Positions 51,053 to 61,431 of a DNA stretch of 64,000 bases are shown here, one piece after another. Source of the DNA: Cirrosporium novae-zelandiae (Eukaryota). Location: NCBI GenBank assembly GCA_026023565.1, contig JAPETS010000003.1:434001-498000 (forward strand). The letters run 5' to 3'. The translations under genes and the position numbers were made by a program. The notes beneath the pieces are model-generated. The model had not been told where the DNA came from, ran no database searches, and saw nothing but the letters and a program-made list of their open reading frames with translations. Positions within the stretch are counted from its first letter, which is position 1, and every line of letters begins with the position of its first letter.

Positions 51053-51948
51053 ATGCATTCATATTACTATGCCTTTGTTGGTATATGTACATATTCTTTG
51101 TTACCGCTCGTTCAAGCCCAGAGTCCCTTCATTTCCTTCTCTTCGTATGTGAACATTGGTCAAAGTGCCAATGTCTCCTGGGATATTAGTTTGTTTACCA
51201 ATGACTCGGTCAATCTAGCAATTCGAGAAACCACTGCTTCTATTAATACCCCTCTTGGATATGCCCTCACCGGTGGTGAAATGACTTGGATAGCAGGTAT
51301 TCTAGCTGTCTTCCAGTCTTGTTATGCCTAAACTAATTCATCCCAGCTGCCAATATAGATCCGGGATGGTATTACTATAGACTCCAAAACAGTGACCAGA
51401 CTGGCATTGTCTATCAGTCAGATACCTTTCAAATCCTCAAAGCCGGAGTGACACCCACCGCCTCCATAACACCCGTCTCATCAACACAAGGATCTGCAAC
51501 TGGTATCTCCACTTCATCATCAACCACAACCGCCGCTTCAAGTAATTCCTTAAGTGCTGGGGCTGCCGCAGGAATTGGAATCGGAGCCGCAGCCCTGGTT
51601 CTGTTCGTTGGTTTGGGAATATTCCTCTTCTACAGAAGAACACGTAAAAAACACCAAAACTCGATGGGAGAAACACATGCTGAGCTCCCCAACACAGAGG
51701 GCGCCCAAGAAGTCGAATACTCCCCTGCAGCGCAGAATCCAAGCGGCACCTTGTCTAATATTCCAAGTCCAAGCTGGAGCGCAGGTCGGAAGCGGTACTA
51801 TTCGCATGAGCTAGAAGGCTCCCTCGCATCCCCGATCCCCGGTACCGATATGTCATCCCAACCTTCGCCGAGACCAGATACACTTCAGAGTTTTGGGTCA
51901 CAAGAGTTGCATGGGGGGGTGCCCAAAAGTCCTAGGACGCCATATTGA
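51053..51948 (+). CDS. Type I single-pass membrane protein (signal peptide, small ectodomain, Ser/Thr stalk, TM helix, cytoplasmic tail; Mid2-like architecture), about 281 aa
   Basis: ATG at 51053 and an in-frame intron at 51297-51346. LSAGAAAGIGIGAAALVLFVGLGIFLFYRRTRKK forms the TM and stop-transfer; the tail has AELP/HELEG/QELHG motifs. Confidence 0.85.
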
Positions 51949-53807
51949 GTGTTAATGTGTAATTATTCTGGGGGTGCAGATAGAAAAAGCAAGGCGGGAT
52001 TCCGAAAGGCACAATGATGTATGAGTATATATACCCAGGGAACATTTCGAGGTGCACAATTTAGGCGTTTTGAGTCTGGAGTGTGGAAAGGTTCTTTGTC
52101 AAGGCCTGAGATTCCAGAGGCATATTGACGAACAAAATCACTATTCGCGGTTTCTAAACTAATGAATATGATTCTATCATCTTATCACTTATAGGTCCCT
52201 TACATTTCATTTGATCATATCTCGCCAGTTGCAGACCCTTGTGGCAATTGCCTTTTCTCACTGTCCAGGAACCTCTATTTCACGTGCCTAGTGCAAATTA
52301 ACATGACGAATTGATTATTCTATATATTTGGTTTGAACTAGGTTAGATCGAAAATACCCCCCGAGGGCTAGAAAGCCAGCCTGCCAATCAGTAACTGAAA
52401 ATATCAAAAGACCAACCATACAGCATTCTAGCGTCAATCAATCGTTCATATCGACAACATACCTTAATCAAAAGATGAAAATATTAGGAAGCTCTGAACT
52501 AGCACGGAATGACTTCTCTATCGCTTCATCCATAGTAAAGCAATCAAGAAATAGTTTTTGCATCCTATCCTTTGATATGTCGTCATTCGCCAGCCACCAT
52601 GAAACTCCAGCATGTTCCCTTCTATCACGGGGCTCGATATCAAGTGCCTTTCGCCGCTTACCAGGTTATGTTCATTGGAAATTCGATTCCATGTAGAACT
52701 AATCTCTGGAAGAGAGTTATTATTCCCACAACTTCGAATACCGTAAGTGTTTGGCTGGATTGAGATGTCATAAGGACTATCTTGCACTCTTAAAAAAGAA
52801 GCCAGTGGATTTATTTATCGACGTCTACTGAGGGTCAAAGCCAAAGTATCAGAAGTAAAAACTCACCACATTACAGACAAGGATCATATTTTAGGAGGTT
52901 GTGAGGTTCTAATACGTCAAGGAAGCCATTGAAACTGGTAATATTGGTTATTAGGTGCCATGTTACACGAAGCGAATCGAGTTACGCGCACGAAGTTGAA
53001 CTTACGGTCGCGGTTTTAGTGAGATGCGCTAAAGGTACGTATTCAGCTTCAGAGTAGGGCAGCACACCTGCTGGATCAGCTCTCGAGACCAACAGAAAAC
53101 TGTATGATCGAAACCTAGTAAGATAAGAAATCATTGTACCGACTATACGCATACCCTACCAATATTTACCTGCCAAAACCGATGTTGGAGAAGCGCGACC
53201 GCCAGTCTTGATATTTCTCTCATAATGACCAGGAAGGCTAGTGTGTTGGCTACTTGCAAGGAGGGAACCATGAATGGATAGTTGCGAGAGTATAATTCAT
53301 ATAATAGGTTGATATTGAGTTCTTTTGCGCGAGTTTACGGATTTATACGAGTTTCCTTTCAGCCAGCATTGGCACGGTTCGGAACAACCAATAGTTGCAG
53401 CTTGACGTTTAAGGTCTTCTACCAATTAATATGGCCTGTACAATATTTTCGGTTGTTCAGCCTCTTATACTTGTATTTCTTGCCTATTTACAGGTCCGTG
53501 CACTATCCCACGTTTTGGTGGCTCGATTGACGGCTTGTAGAAAATAGAAGGCTACCAATACCAGTCTCCAAGTTTCCTTTTCATGCTCATTTTGCCTATA
53601 TAATCTTTTGAACCTCGTCCCACAATGCCCCTGGTTTTCTCCATCTGAATTCGTGAAGACGATTATAGCTAACAGAAAGTGCCAGGTTAATATTTGCAGG
53701 GGCTTTTAGGAGCCTTTCGACTCAGCTTGAGCGCAAGGCTGAAGTTTTTTCTTCTTTATTATTGTCTACCAGCGTGACTATACCATGGCCGAAGTAATTG
53801 GCCTTGT

Positions 53808-53979
53808 CAGTGAAGGGAATAGACCAGACCAGACCGGTCTGAAGGTGATTATTGCTGCGGTAACTTGATTATTACTACAGTAACAGTCGTGAACATCCTT
53901 ACTGCTGATCCGTGCCCTCCCAACATGAGATTATTTTGGCCATGTCAGACCGATCTGGTCTGGTCTATTCCCTTCACTG
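53808..53979. mobile_element. MITE, 172 bp, with 35-bp near-perfect TIRs
   Basis: CAGTGAAGGGAATAGACCAGACCAGACCGGTCTGA ... TCAGACCGATCTGGTCTGGTCTATTCCCTTCACTG (one mismatch). No TSD. Confidence 0.88.
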
Positions 53980-54842
53980 GACAGATTTGTGGTATACATA
54001 CCTTACCTAGGTAGTTGAATTGATCCATTCATTGGTTGGTTAGTGTAGGATTAGCATAATTGTATGATTGCCGTACTTTAATATAGATATAAATAAAAAA
54101 GAATAGGAAGAATAGAAAAGATCTCTTATATAATATAGAATATATTGTTGTTGTTGTTGTTGTTGTTATTGTTGTTAGTATTATAGCATACTACACTACA
54201 CTATATTATAAAACAAAAGGCTCTAATATAAAACCGACAGACTTGGTTAGTTATAATACTATGGGGCTTACCCACGTTATAGTAGGCTACGGAATTCACC
54301 AAAAGGAATGAGGGAGACTAAGGGGGAAGCAGGCAGCACTAACAACAATCAGCCTTATATATCATCTTTATTAAACTAATCTCACTCTTCTCTTCTACCA
54401 ATATAATAGACTATACTGATAACCCAAACTTTATTTAACCTTAATCTGACCTCACCAGAAGACCACTTTCCCTCCTCCCCTATCACTCTAGGAAGAAATA
54501 TATCCACCCATCGACTCAGTTAATCGCATCAAAATCCAAATTTAACCTTTACTAGCCATACGAAAAACTAACGTACGTGTAAAAAAACTATTTTTACTAT
54601 ATAAATTAATCTAATCTAATTAAAAAGAAAAAGATTTTTTTTTTTTTTTTTGGATGTTTTGGTGTAATTGTTGGTTTGTGGTGTGTATAGTGTGGTGTGT
54701 GGGTCTGCTATGCTTTATGAAAACGTAGGGGTTATTTGAATTTCTCTATCGACTTAAGATATTGGATATAAAGGGTTAAGGTGTTAGGGTTCAATATATT
54801 CATATATATTTTTTTCTCTTGAGGATTGTGAGGATTGTGAAC

Positions 54843-54920
54843 TAGGGAACGGAGAGGAACGGACTGGGTGGATTAGATCAACTCCCTCGGTCTAGTCGGT
54901 CTGGTTCTTTCCCTTCACTG
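54843..54920. mobile_element. Degenerate AGACC-family MITE
   Basis: The right end CTCCCTCGGTCTAGTCGGTCTGGTTCTTTCCCTTCACTG is recognisable; the left end has decayed. Confidence 0.6.
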
Positions 54921-55955
54921 TTTCCTTGTCCATGGGAACTAGGGATTAAGAAATTTAGATATGGGTTGTTTGTGGGTGAGAGTAGAATGGGGAAGAATAT
55001 AGTAGAGGAAATAGACCAGAAGAGAAAAAAAAATAAATCATTGGTGGTTTTTACTCCGTCCGAATTTCGTCTAAATCCTCCCGGTTTAATCGATTTAATC
55101 CATTCCCCCCCCCCTTTCCCCACTGTTCGCTTCGTGAGATGTGAGATGTGATATTTTATCCTCTATGCCTTATAACTCTTTGTGTTTCTTTTCTTTCGTT
55201 CCCTGGGAGCTTAAAGCTATGTGGGTATATATATAGGTATGTTATTCATCCATTCTTTTAAAGTTGTTGTACTAGGAAGCTGGTGATTATTGGGTGCAGA
55301 ATTATAAGTTGCAAAAGGCATGTATGTATGTAGGTTTCTAATCTAGAGCCTTTTTGTGTATGTATATATATCTTGCAAGAGGGGGGCCTGTGTTCTCTAG
55401 ATAAATAAGACAAGGTAGAATGTCTACTACTCCAGGCAAGGTAGTCATGCGGTTCCAGAATATATTGGGTCTTGTTTCTTTCTTTCTTCTTCTCTAGATC
55501 GTCTAGTTTTTTTTTTGTGGGGGTTGGATTTTGAGGCTTGAGTTATAGCTGTGAGGGAGGGGATCCGTCCTGTCCCGTCCAGTTTATCGATTATGGAAGA
55601 TGGTGTTAGGTATATTGGATGTGATGTTCTAGCTGAAGAGAAAGGAAGAAGGTACTAGCTAAGCTTCACGTCTTGTATATATACACACACACGGAGAGAA
55701 AGATAGAGAGAAAAGGGGGGGATATGTTTCTTAGAGGGAAATAGTGTTTGAAATATCATATAATTAATGAGTAATTAAGCTAGGAAAACTCGTTTTGCTG
55801 TAATCATTGAATTGGGTTGCCTCTGCTCTGCTCATCCCGCTTGTCCCATTTATCCTGTCAAATTTCGTATACCTTGGTAAATCCCCTTGCCTGGTCTCAA
55901 CGCCTTGAAAAGACAAGGGCTGTCGCCTTCATTGGTTTTCTAGCTCTGCGGTTAA

Positions 55956-58900
55956 CTAGATGACTGGCTCGACTGCTGGGTTGAACTTGATGATTGCCAC
56001 TTTACTATAGTTATATAGCACCGCGATAGTATCGCCGTTACTATCGTAGGTATATTGTAAAAAGCTAGGTATATAAATAATCCTCTGCCTGTTCCGAGTT
56101 ATCTAACTTCCGGGATTATCTAACGTACATGATAAATAGGGGTTGGTTTGAGAGCTATCCACAGGATGGGGTTTAAGTGCAATTTTTTGACCATCCACAA
56201 ATAGATGCAAGCCATCAGCACTGAAAGATAAGTTATGGGAGACCTGACCGCAGGTAATTATCTGTTTATCAAATATCTGAATCATTTCCATCGACTTAAG
56301 GTCCCAGAGCCGAACAGTGGTATCATAGGCTGCAGATGCTAAAAACCTGCTATCTGGAGAAAATGCAAGGACATGAATCCCTCCAGTATGGCCTTCAAGT
56401 ACGCTTTTCAAAGCCCCAGTTTTTGGGTCCCAAAGCCGGACGGTATTATCATATGACACAGATGCCAGTAACTGGTTATCCGGAGAAAACAAAACCTCTA
56501 GAACCCATTTAGTATGGCCTTGGAGTATGGTTTGTAGAGCCCCAGTTTCTGGATCCCAGAGTCGGATAATATGATCCTGTGATGTACATGCTAGGAAATG
56601 ATTATTTGGAGAAAATTGAATCTCCCTAATGCTCCCAGTATGGCCTTTAAGTGTGTTGTACAAAGCTCCAGTTGTTGGATTCCAAAGTTTGATAATATTA
56701 TTCAATCCAGTTGCCAGGAAATGTTTATTTGGAGAAAACTTAATTTCCATATCCTCTAGAAGCAGGGAATTATCCAACCAAGGTATAAAATACACTATAT
56801 TTTGGATCTGGCTTGGAATCTGGTCTAAGAACTGTTGGCGGACAATACTTTTGGTTGGACTAAATACCAGAGCCGAACAATACACTTGGAGAGGTGCCTG
56901 TTCAATGGCTTTTCCACGTCTAAAGATGAACTTCCTTGCATCATGAACCATGGCATGAAGAGGATCCTCGTCAGGATTAATGAAAATTAAGTCGATTTCG
57001 ATATTTGCAATAAGAATGTTTAACTGGATGGACTTACTGTCACAATTGATTCCAAAACAATAATTATTTTTTTGCTCTCAGCTATTTTATCCATCAGACT
57101 CATGGTCTCCAGCCAATGAAGTAGGTGTTCGTTGAGAAATACATGAATAGTTTCACTATCATGAAGCTCAACAAAGCCATGTCCTTGGTAAATGGGATGT
57201 TGAAGATGTCGGACCCAGTAGCGACAGGCATATTTTACGGCTGATGAGAGGTAGCGGTCTACGATATCACTTTTTACTTCTCTCTGACGTGTGCCTGGCA
57301 TGCGTAGGCTGCAACCGTCTTTTCTGAGCTTAATCGACATTAACTTGATACATTCCAAGGACAAATCCCTATACATCTTTTGTTCGTCAACCCAGAACTG
57401 ATTATCTGAACATCTGTTTTGATCAAGGAGGAAGTTGCGAAAAGATGGATGAAGTAGCCGAATGGGAGATTCCGTGGATGTTAGAATATCAATGATTGAA
57501 TATAAAGGGTCCAATGTAGCTTTTATTTGGTCCTGGGGCATTTGAAGCAGTTCACTTAAGGTAGTGAAAGAAAGTAAATCAAAAACAATAACAAGTGGTC
57601 CAAAAATATCTCGAAAACGATCACCCAATAATTTTTTGACGCTTTTTATAGTCCCTTGGATCACGGAATGTTGTAATATATGAGTGTATATCATGTCCAA
57701 CCTTCCCTCCGGAGTGGTCGAATCTGTAGGTATATCAGCAATAAGATGGTTGAGGCTTTCTGTTGGAGAAAGTGCCGTTTTCTCCACGAATAAATACGCA
57801 GTAGCTGCATAAATAAACAACCCTCCTGTTTGTTGTACAAGATTTGCTATCATTTTTTCACCTGGCCAATCTGTTGAACCGATCTTTTTAATTTTTCGAA
57901 TCTGATTTAGCTCGTAACGAAAGAAAGCTGAAATATTATGTTCTATGACTGACTGGGGAATATCTTGTAGCTGGAGATCGCAATAAATAATTCCCTGGAT
58001 CTTTTGAAAACTTTCACGAATAGAGACTTCCGGTCGACTGGTTACAAAAATCCGAAATCGCATAAAATCAAGTGCTTGTGCTTCATGGAAAATTCGGAGA
58101 ATTATTTCAATATCCTTTACATTATCGCACTCATCTAATGCGTCGATAACAAACACCAAGGCCTAGGGGTGCGACTGGCTGGTGTTTCGGGTTGACACCT
58201 TTGAGAGTGGTTGATAGATAAGTTCCTCCCACTGTTTAAATAAGGTTTGATTGGAAATATCCGGATTTTTATTGATAGCATCACAAATTTGTTCTCGGAG
58301 GTCCGATGAGAGGATAACAAGCTGGTAGGCGAAAGTTCGAAAGAACTTGGCGGCATGACCAAAATCACCTCCACCTTGGGAGAAGAAGAAGTTGGTTACC
58401 AAGTGTTCTTGTTTTGTTTTAAAAAGGTGGGCAGCAGTGTAAGCGATCGTGGGTTTGCCAGTGCCGGCCATTCCTTTAAACCAAAAGATGCGATGTCCAT
58501 ACGGCTCGTTACTCCATATCTGGATCTAGTCAAGAAGCTCAACTCTGGTGTTAGCGAGGCAGCGAGGCTCATGTTCGTAGCGATGACCGTCGTTGTAGGT
58601 GGCGTTTTCAATGGCTGATAGTTTTTGGAGTAGTTCCTGCTGCTGCGTGCTAGAGATTTGACATTGTTTCAACTCTCTAATATCCTCTCCAGTCGTAACG
58701 ACTACAGAACTGTCAGGACATGGTCAGTACTAAACTCAACAAGGCGATTTCTCTTCTTACTGTTGATCTATAGTTAATGCAGCATGAAAGTTTCCTATGT
58801 ATGTCTGGATCATGCTAATATTTTTCTGCATCTCATCGCAAGTGAAGGACCATTTCAAATTGTGATAGCTAAACCTCAGAATTCTCCATCTTTTCTTTGG

Positions 58901-59155
58901 AGTTAACTTGTCCCGTAGCTTCTTCAGATCATCTTGACACAGCTTCATTTCATTATCTAGCGAGCTCAGTGTGTTTACGCTGGAGCCCTGTGTCAGTTCT
59001 TGGAATTTTTCGAGGATATTTTGAAAAGTCTGTAATGTATTGCACAGCCGGGCTATATCGTCTTTAGCACTGTTAACCTTCAACCAGTATTTCGCGGAAA
59101 GGGATAGCAGCTCTCCACAAATCTGCGAAACAGCAAGGATAGTTCCTAGATCCAT
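55956..59155 (-). pseudogene. Fungal NLR (HeLo-like/SesA-type N-terminus - NACHT - WD40, HET-E-like) with three in-frame TAG codons
   Basis: N-terminus MDLGTILAVSQICG...LKWSF; intron 58760-58710; CLANTRVELL, IFWFKGMAGTGKPT (Walker A), VFVIDALDEC (Walker B), RIFVTSRPE, GGLFIYAAT, LLHPSFRNFL, YACRYW, APLQVYCSALVFSP, and 42-aa WD repeats. Stops at 58526-58528, 58163-58165 and 56103-56105. Confidence 0.9.
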
Positions 59156-60311
59156 AAGAAATGAGTATGTGGGAGTCCTTCTGGGCAATAAGTAATTTCA
59201 AAGCAAGACCTCAATAGTAAACACTAGGTAGAAAATATTGTGAGTTTTACTTCACACTTTCTCTCTTGCTTGTTAGCTATGAAGGATTAAACGGTACGGG
59301 GTTGATAACTTTTCATTGGATTTGGGCCCTGCAATATTGCCTGAGGCTGAGACTGTTACCAGTTGCTCTTCCACCTATAATAGGAGGTGTTGATATCACC
59401 CGCGCGGCAATATTAAAGCGTCGATCGGTTATTGGTTCGACAATAGTAACTCCGCTGCAGGTGATATAGAACCCTACAACCTCAGGCTGCCGATATTGAT
59501 TACCTCGAGCCGTGCCAAGGCATGTTGAAAGGACCTCCTGTGATTATCTACAAGCTTCTGCAATTATCGCAAGCGCCTCACTAGTCTTCCTAGTGCCCTT
59601 CCTTTTAGGTGCTATCCGTCTAAGTAGAGAATTTACCAGATATCTCCATAAGACACTCACTGCGAATGCAATGTCAAGCCGTGGCTCAGTCGTGGGCCAC
59701 ATGTTTGATCTGAAAATGGATTGATGCTGGGCTATAAGTTTGTCTGATAATAAATTGTCGTAGATGTTAGAACCATGTCACGTAACAACCAGATGTAGAA
59801 TAGCTTGAATAGGGTTTAGCCCTCCCCCACCAAGTTTAGTTGAAGGAGTTGAACGAGGGCTTAACCCCTCCACAATAGGCTTAGCGGCTTTTCTAGTATC
59901 CCGTGAGTGGCAGCGCGGTCCGCCGGCAACACATCTCCTTCGTTCTCATGCTACCTAATCACTATTTAGGATAGTCTCTTTATAATCATCACCAGTTCAC
60001 TACCCTAGCATCAACATAGTGTTGTGGCGCAGACTTATAGTTGCAATTATCGTTTGTCTATACCTATATAATGGCTAGACCCAGAATTCGAAACCAATTA
60101 AAGCCATCTTTATCGCGCAATGCCAGCATTCATCCCCCGGAGACGGATGTTAAGATAGTAATTTGACCGACGAACCCAGAATCCTGAATCTCCGTTAATT
60201 AGACGTTAACGATGCATACGATCAGGTCCAGAGAATTTCCGTTACTGTTTTATACAAAGTCGAAAGACCTCCCGCAGCAATACCTGTGACCAACATATAC
60301 ATCTGCCCACC

Positions 60312-61431
60312 ATGACTTCTGCTATTCCTGCTGCTTCTGTTCCTGCTGATGACGAGACCGAAAATTTATCGTATGTAGATTCCAACATAGACAATTCCAC
60401 AGTTGATGGTAGTGTTACCGATGACTCTGGTTCCGTCACTTGCACGTTAGACAGCAGCGCGAATAATTTCGAATTTAGGAACGGAAGGAGATATCATGTC
60501 TACAAGGCCGGAAAATATGATCTCCCAAACGATGAACAAGAACAAGAGCGACTCAATCTTCAGCATCATGCTTGGATCGACATAGTTGGCGCCCTCCAGA
60601 TTGCGCCAATACCGAATGATCTACATGACGTCCTTGATATCGGTATGCGCTACTCTTTTTCTGGAAACATTCAATTAACATATTATATAGCGACAGGTAC
60701 TGGCATATGGTGTATAGATTTTGCCGACGCTCATCCTTCAGCCCGCGTTCTTGGAGTAGATCTGAGGTTCCGTGTCCCCTTTTCCAGACGACTACATGCA
60801 TTCAACTTACACCGCTAGTCCTATTCAACCGACCTTTGTTCCCCCCAATTGTGAATTCGAAATCGATGACTGTGAGAGCGATTGGATCTATCATCGTAGA
60901 TTTGATTTCATCCATGGCCGAACCCTAACCATTGGCTGGCGCGACTGGGACAAACTATGTCGTCAATCCTTCAAGTTCCTGAATCCAGGTGGCTATCTCG
61001 AACTCCAGGAGGCCACTTATCCAGCCATATGTGACTGCCCACCGGACAAGCACCCACTTAACCCGGTCACGGAATACTTCCTTCGCATAACCGACGCTGC
61101 AAAGAAGAGGAAGATAGACACAAAGCTTAGCGGGGAGCTTATGGCAGAGCGGATGAGAAAAGCCGGATTTATCAATATTCATTATAAGACATATAGAGCA
61201 TGGCTCTCGAACCGTTATTTCCACAAAGACCTACTCGACGGACTGGAGGGAATAGGGTTGAGGTTATTCACGGAGCAGCTAGGTTGGAGTACCGAGAAGG
61301 CTTTGGTGTACATATCCCAGGTTCGAAATGCCATGAAGGAGGAAACCGTCAACCATCTTTATTTTCCTATATGGATCTGTTATGGGCAGAAACCACCGGT
61401 TGAGGACGAATTCACTAAAGATGAGCAATGA
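60312..61431 (+). CDS. LaeA-like SAM-dependent methyltransferase
   Basis: NGRRYH, LPNDEQEQERL, VLDIATGTGIW, GVDLSPIQP, PPNCEFEIDD, FDFIHGR, LNPGGYLELQE, YGQKP. Introns at 60643-60690 and 60767-60818. Confidence 0.93.

Noticed and set aside
52440..53700. Coding-like composition and splice-like signals on the minus strand
   Set aside because: All frames contain stops and I could not recognise a family. It may be a decayed gene but cannot be supported without a translated search.
38288..54920. AGACC/GGTCT repeats as a CRISPR-like array
   Set aside because: The context is eukaryotic, there is no regular repeat-spacer period, and the repeats are explained as subterminal repeats of TIR elements.
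38000..61431. Starship or other giant-transposon interpretation of the island
   Set aside because: No tyrosine-recombinase (DUF3435) captain or any transposase ORF is visible in the window, although patatin and NLR genes can be cargo of such elements.
60312..61431. Calling the methyltransferase laeA itself, or part of a secondary-metabolite cluster
   Set aside because: The family is highly expanded in filamentous fungi, orthology cannot be judged by eye, and no PKS/NRPS genes lie nearby in the window.
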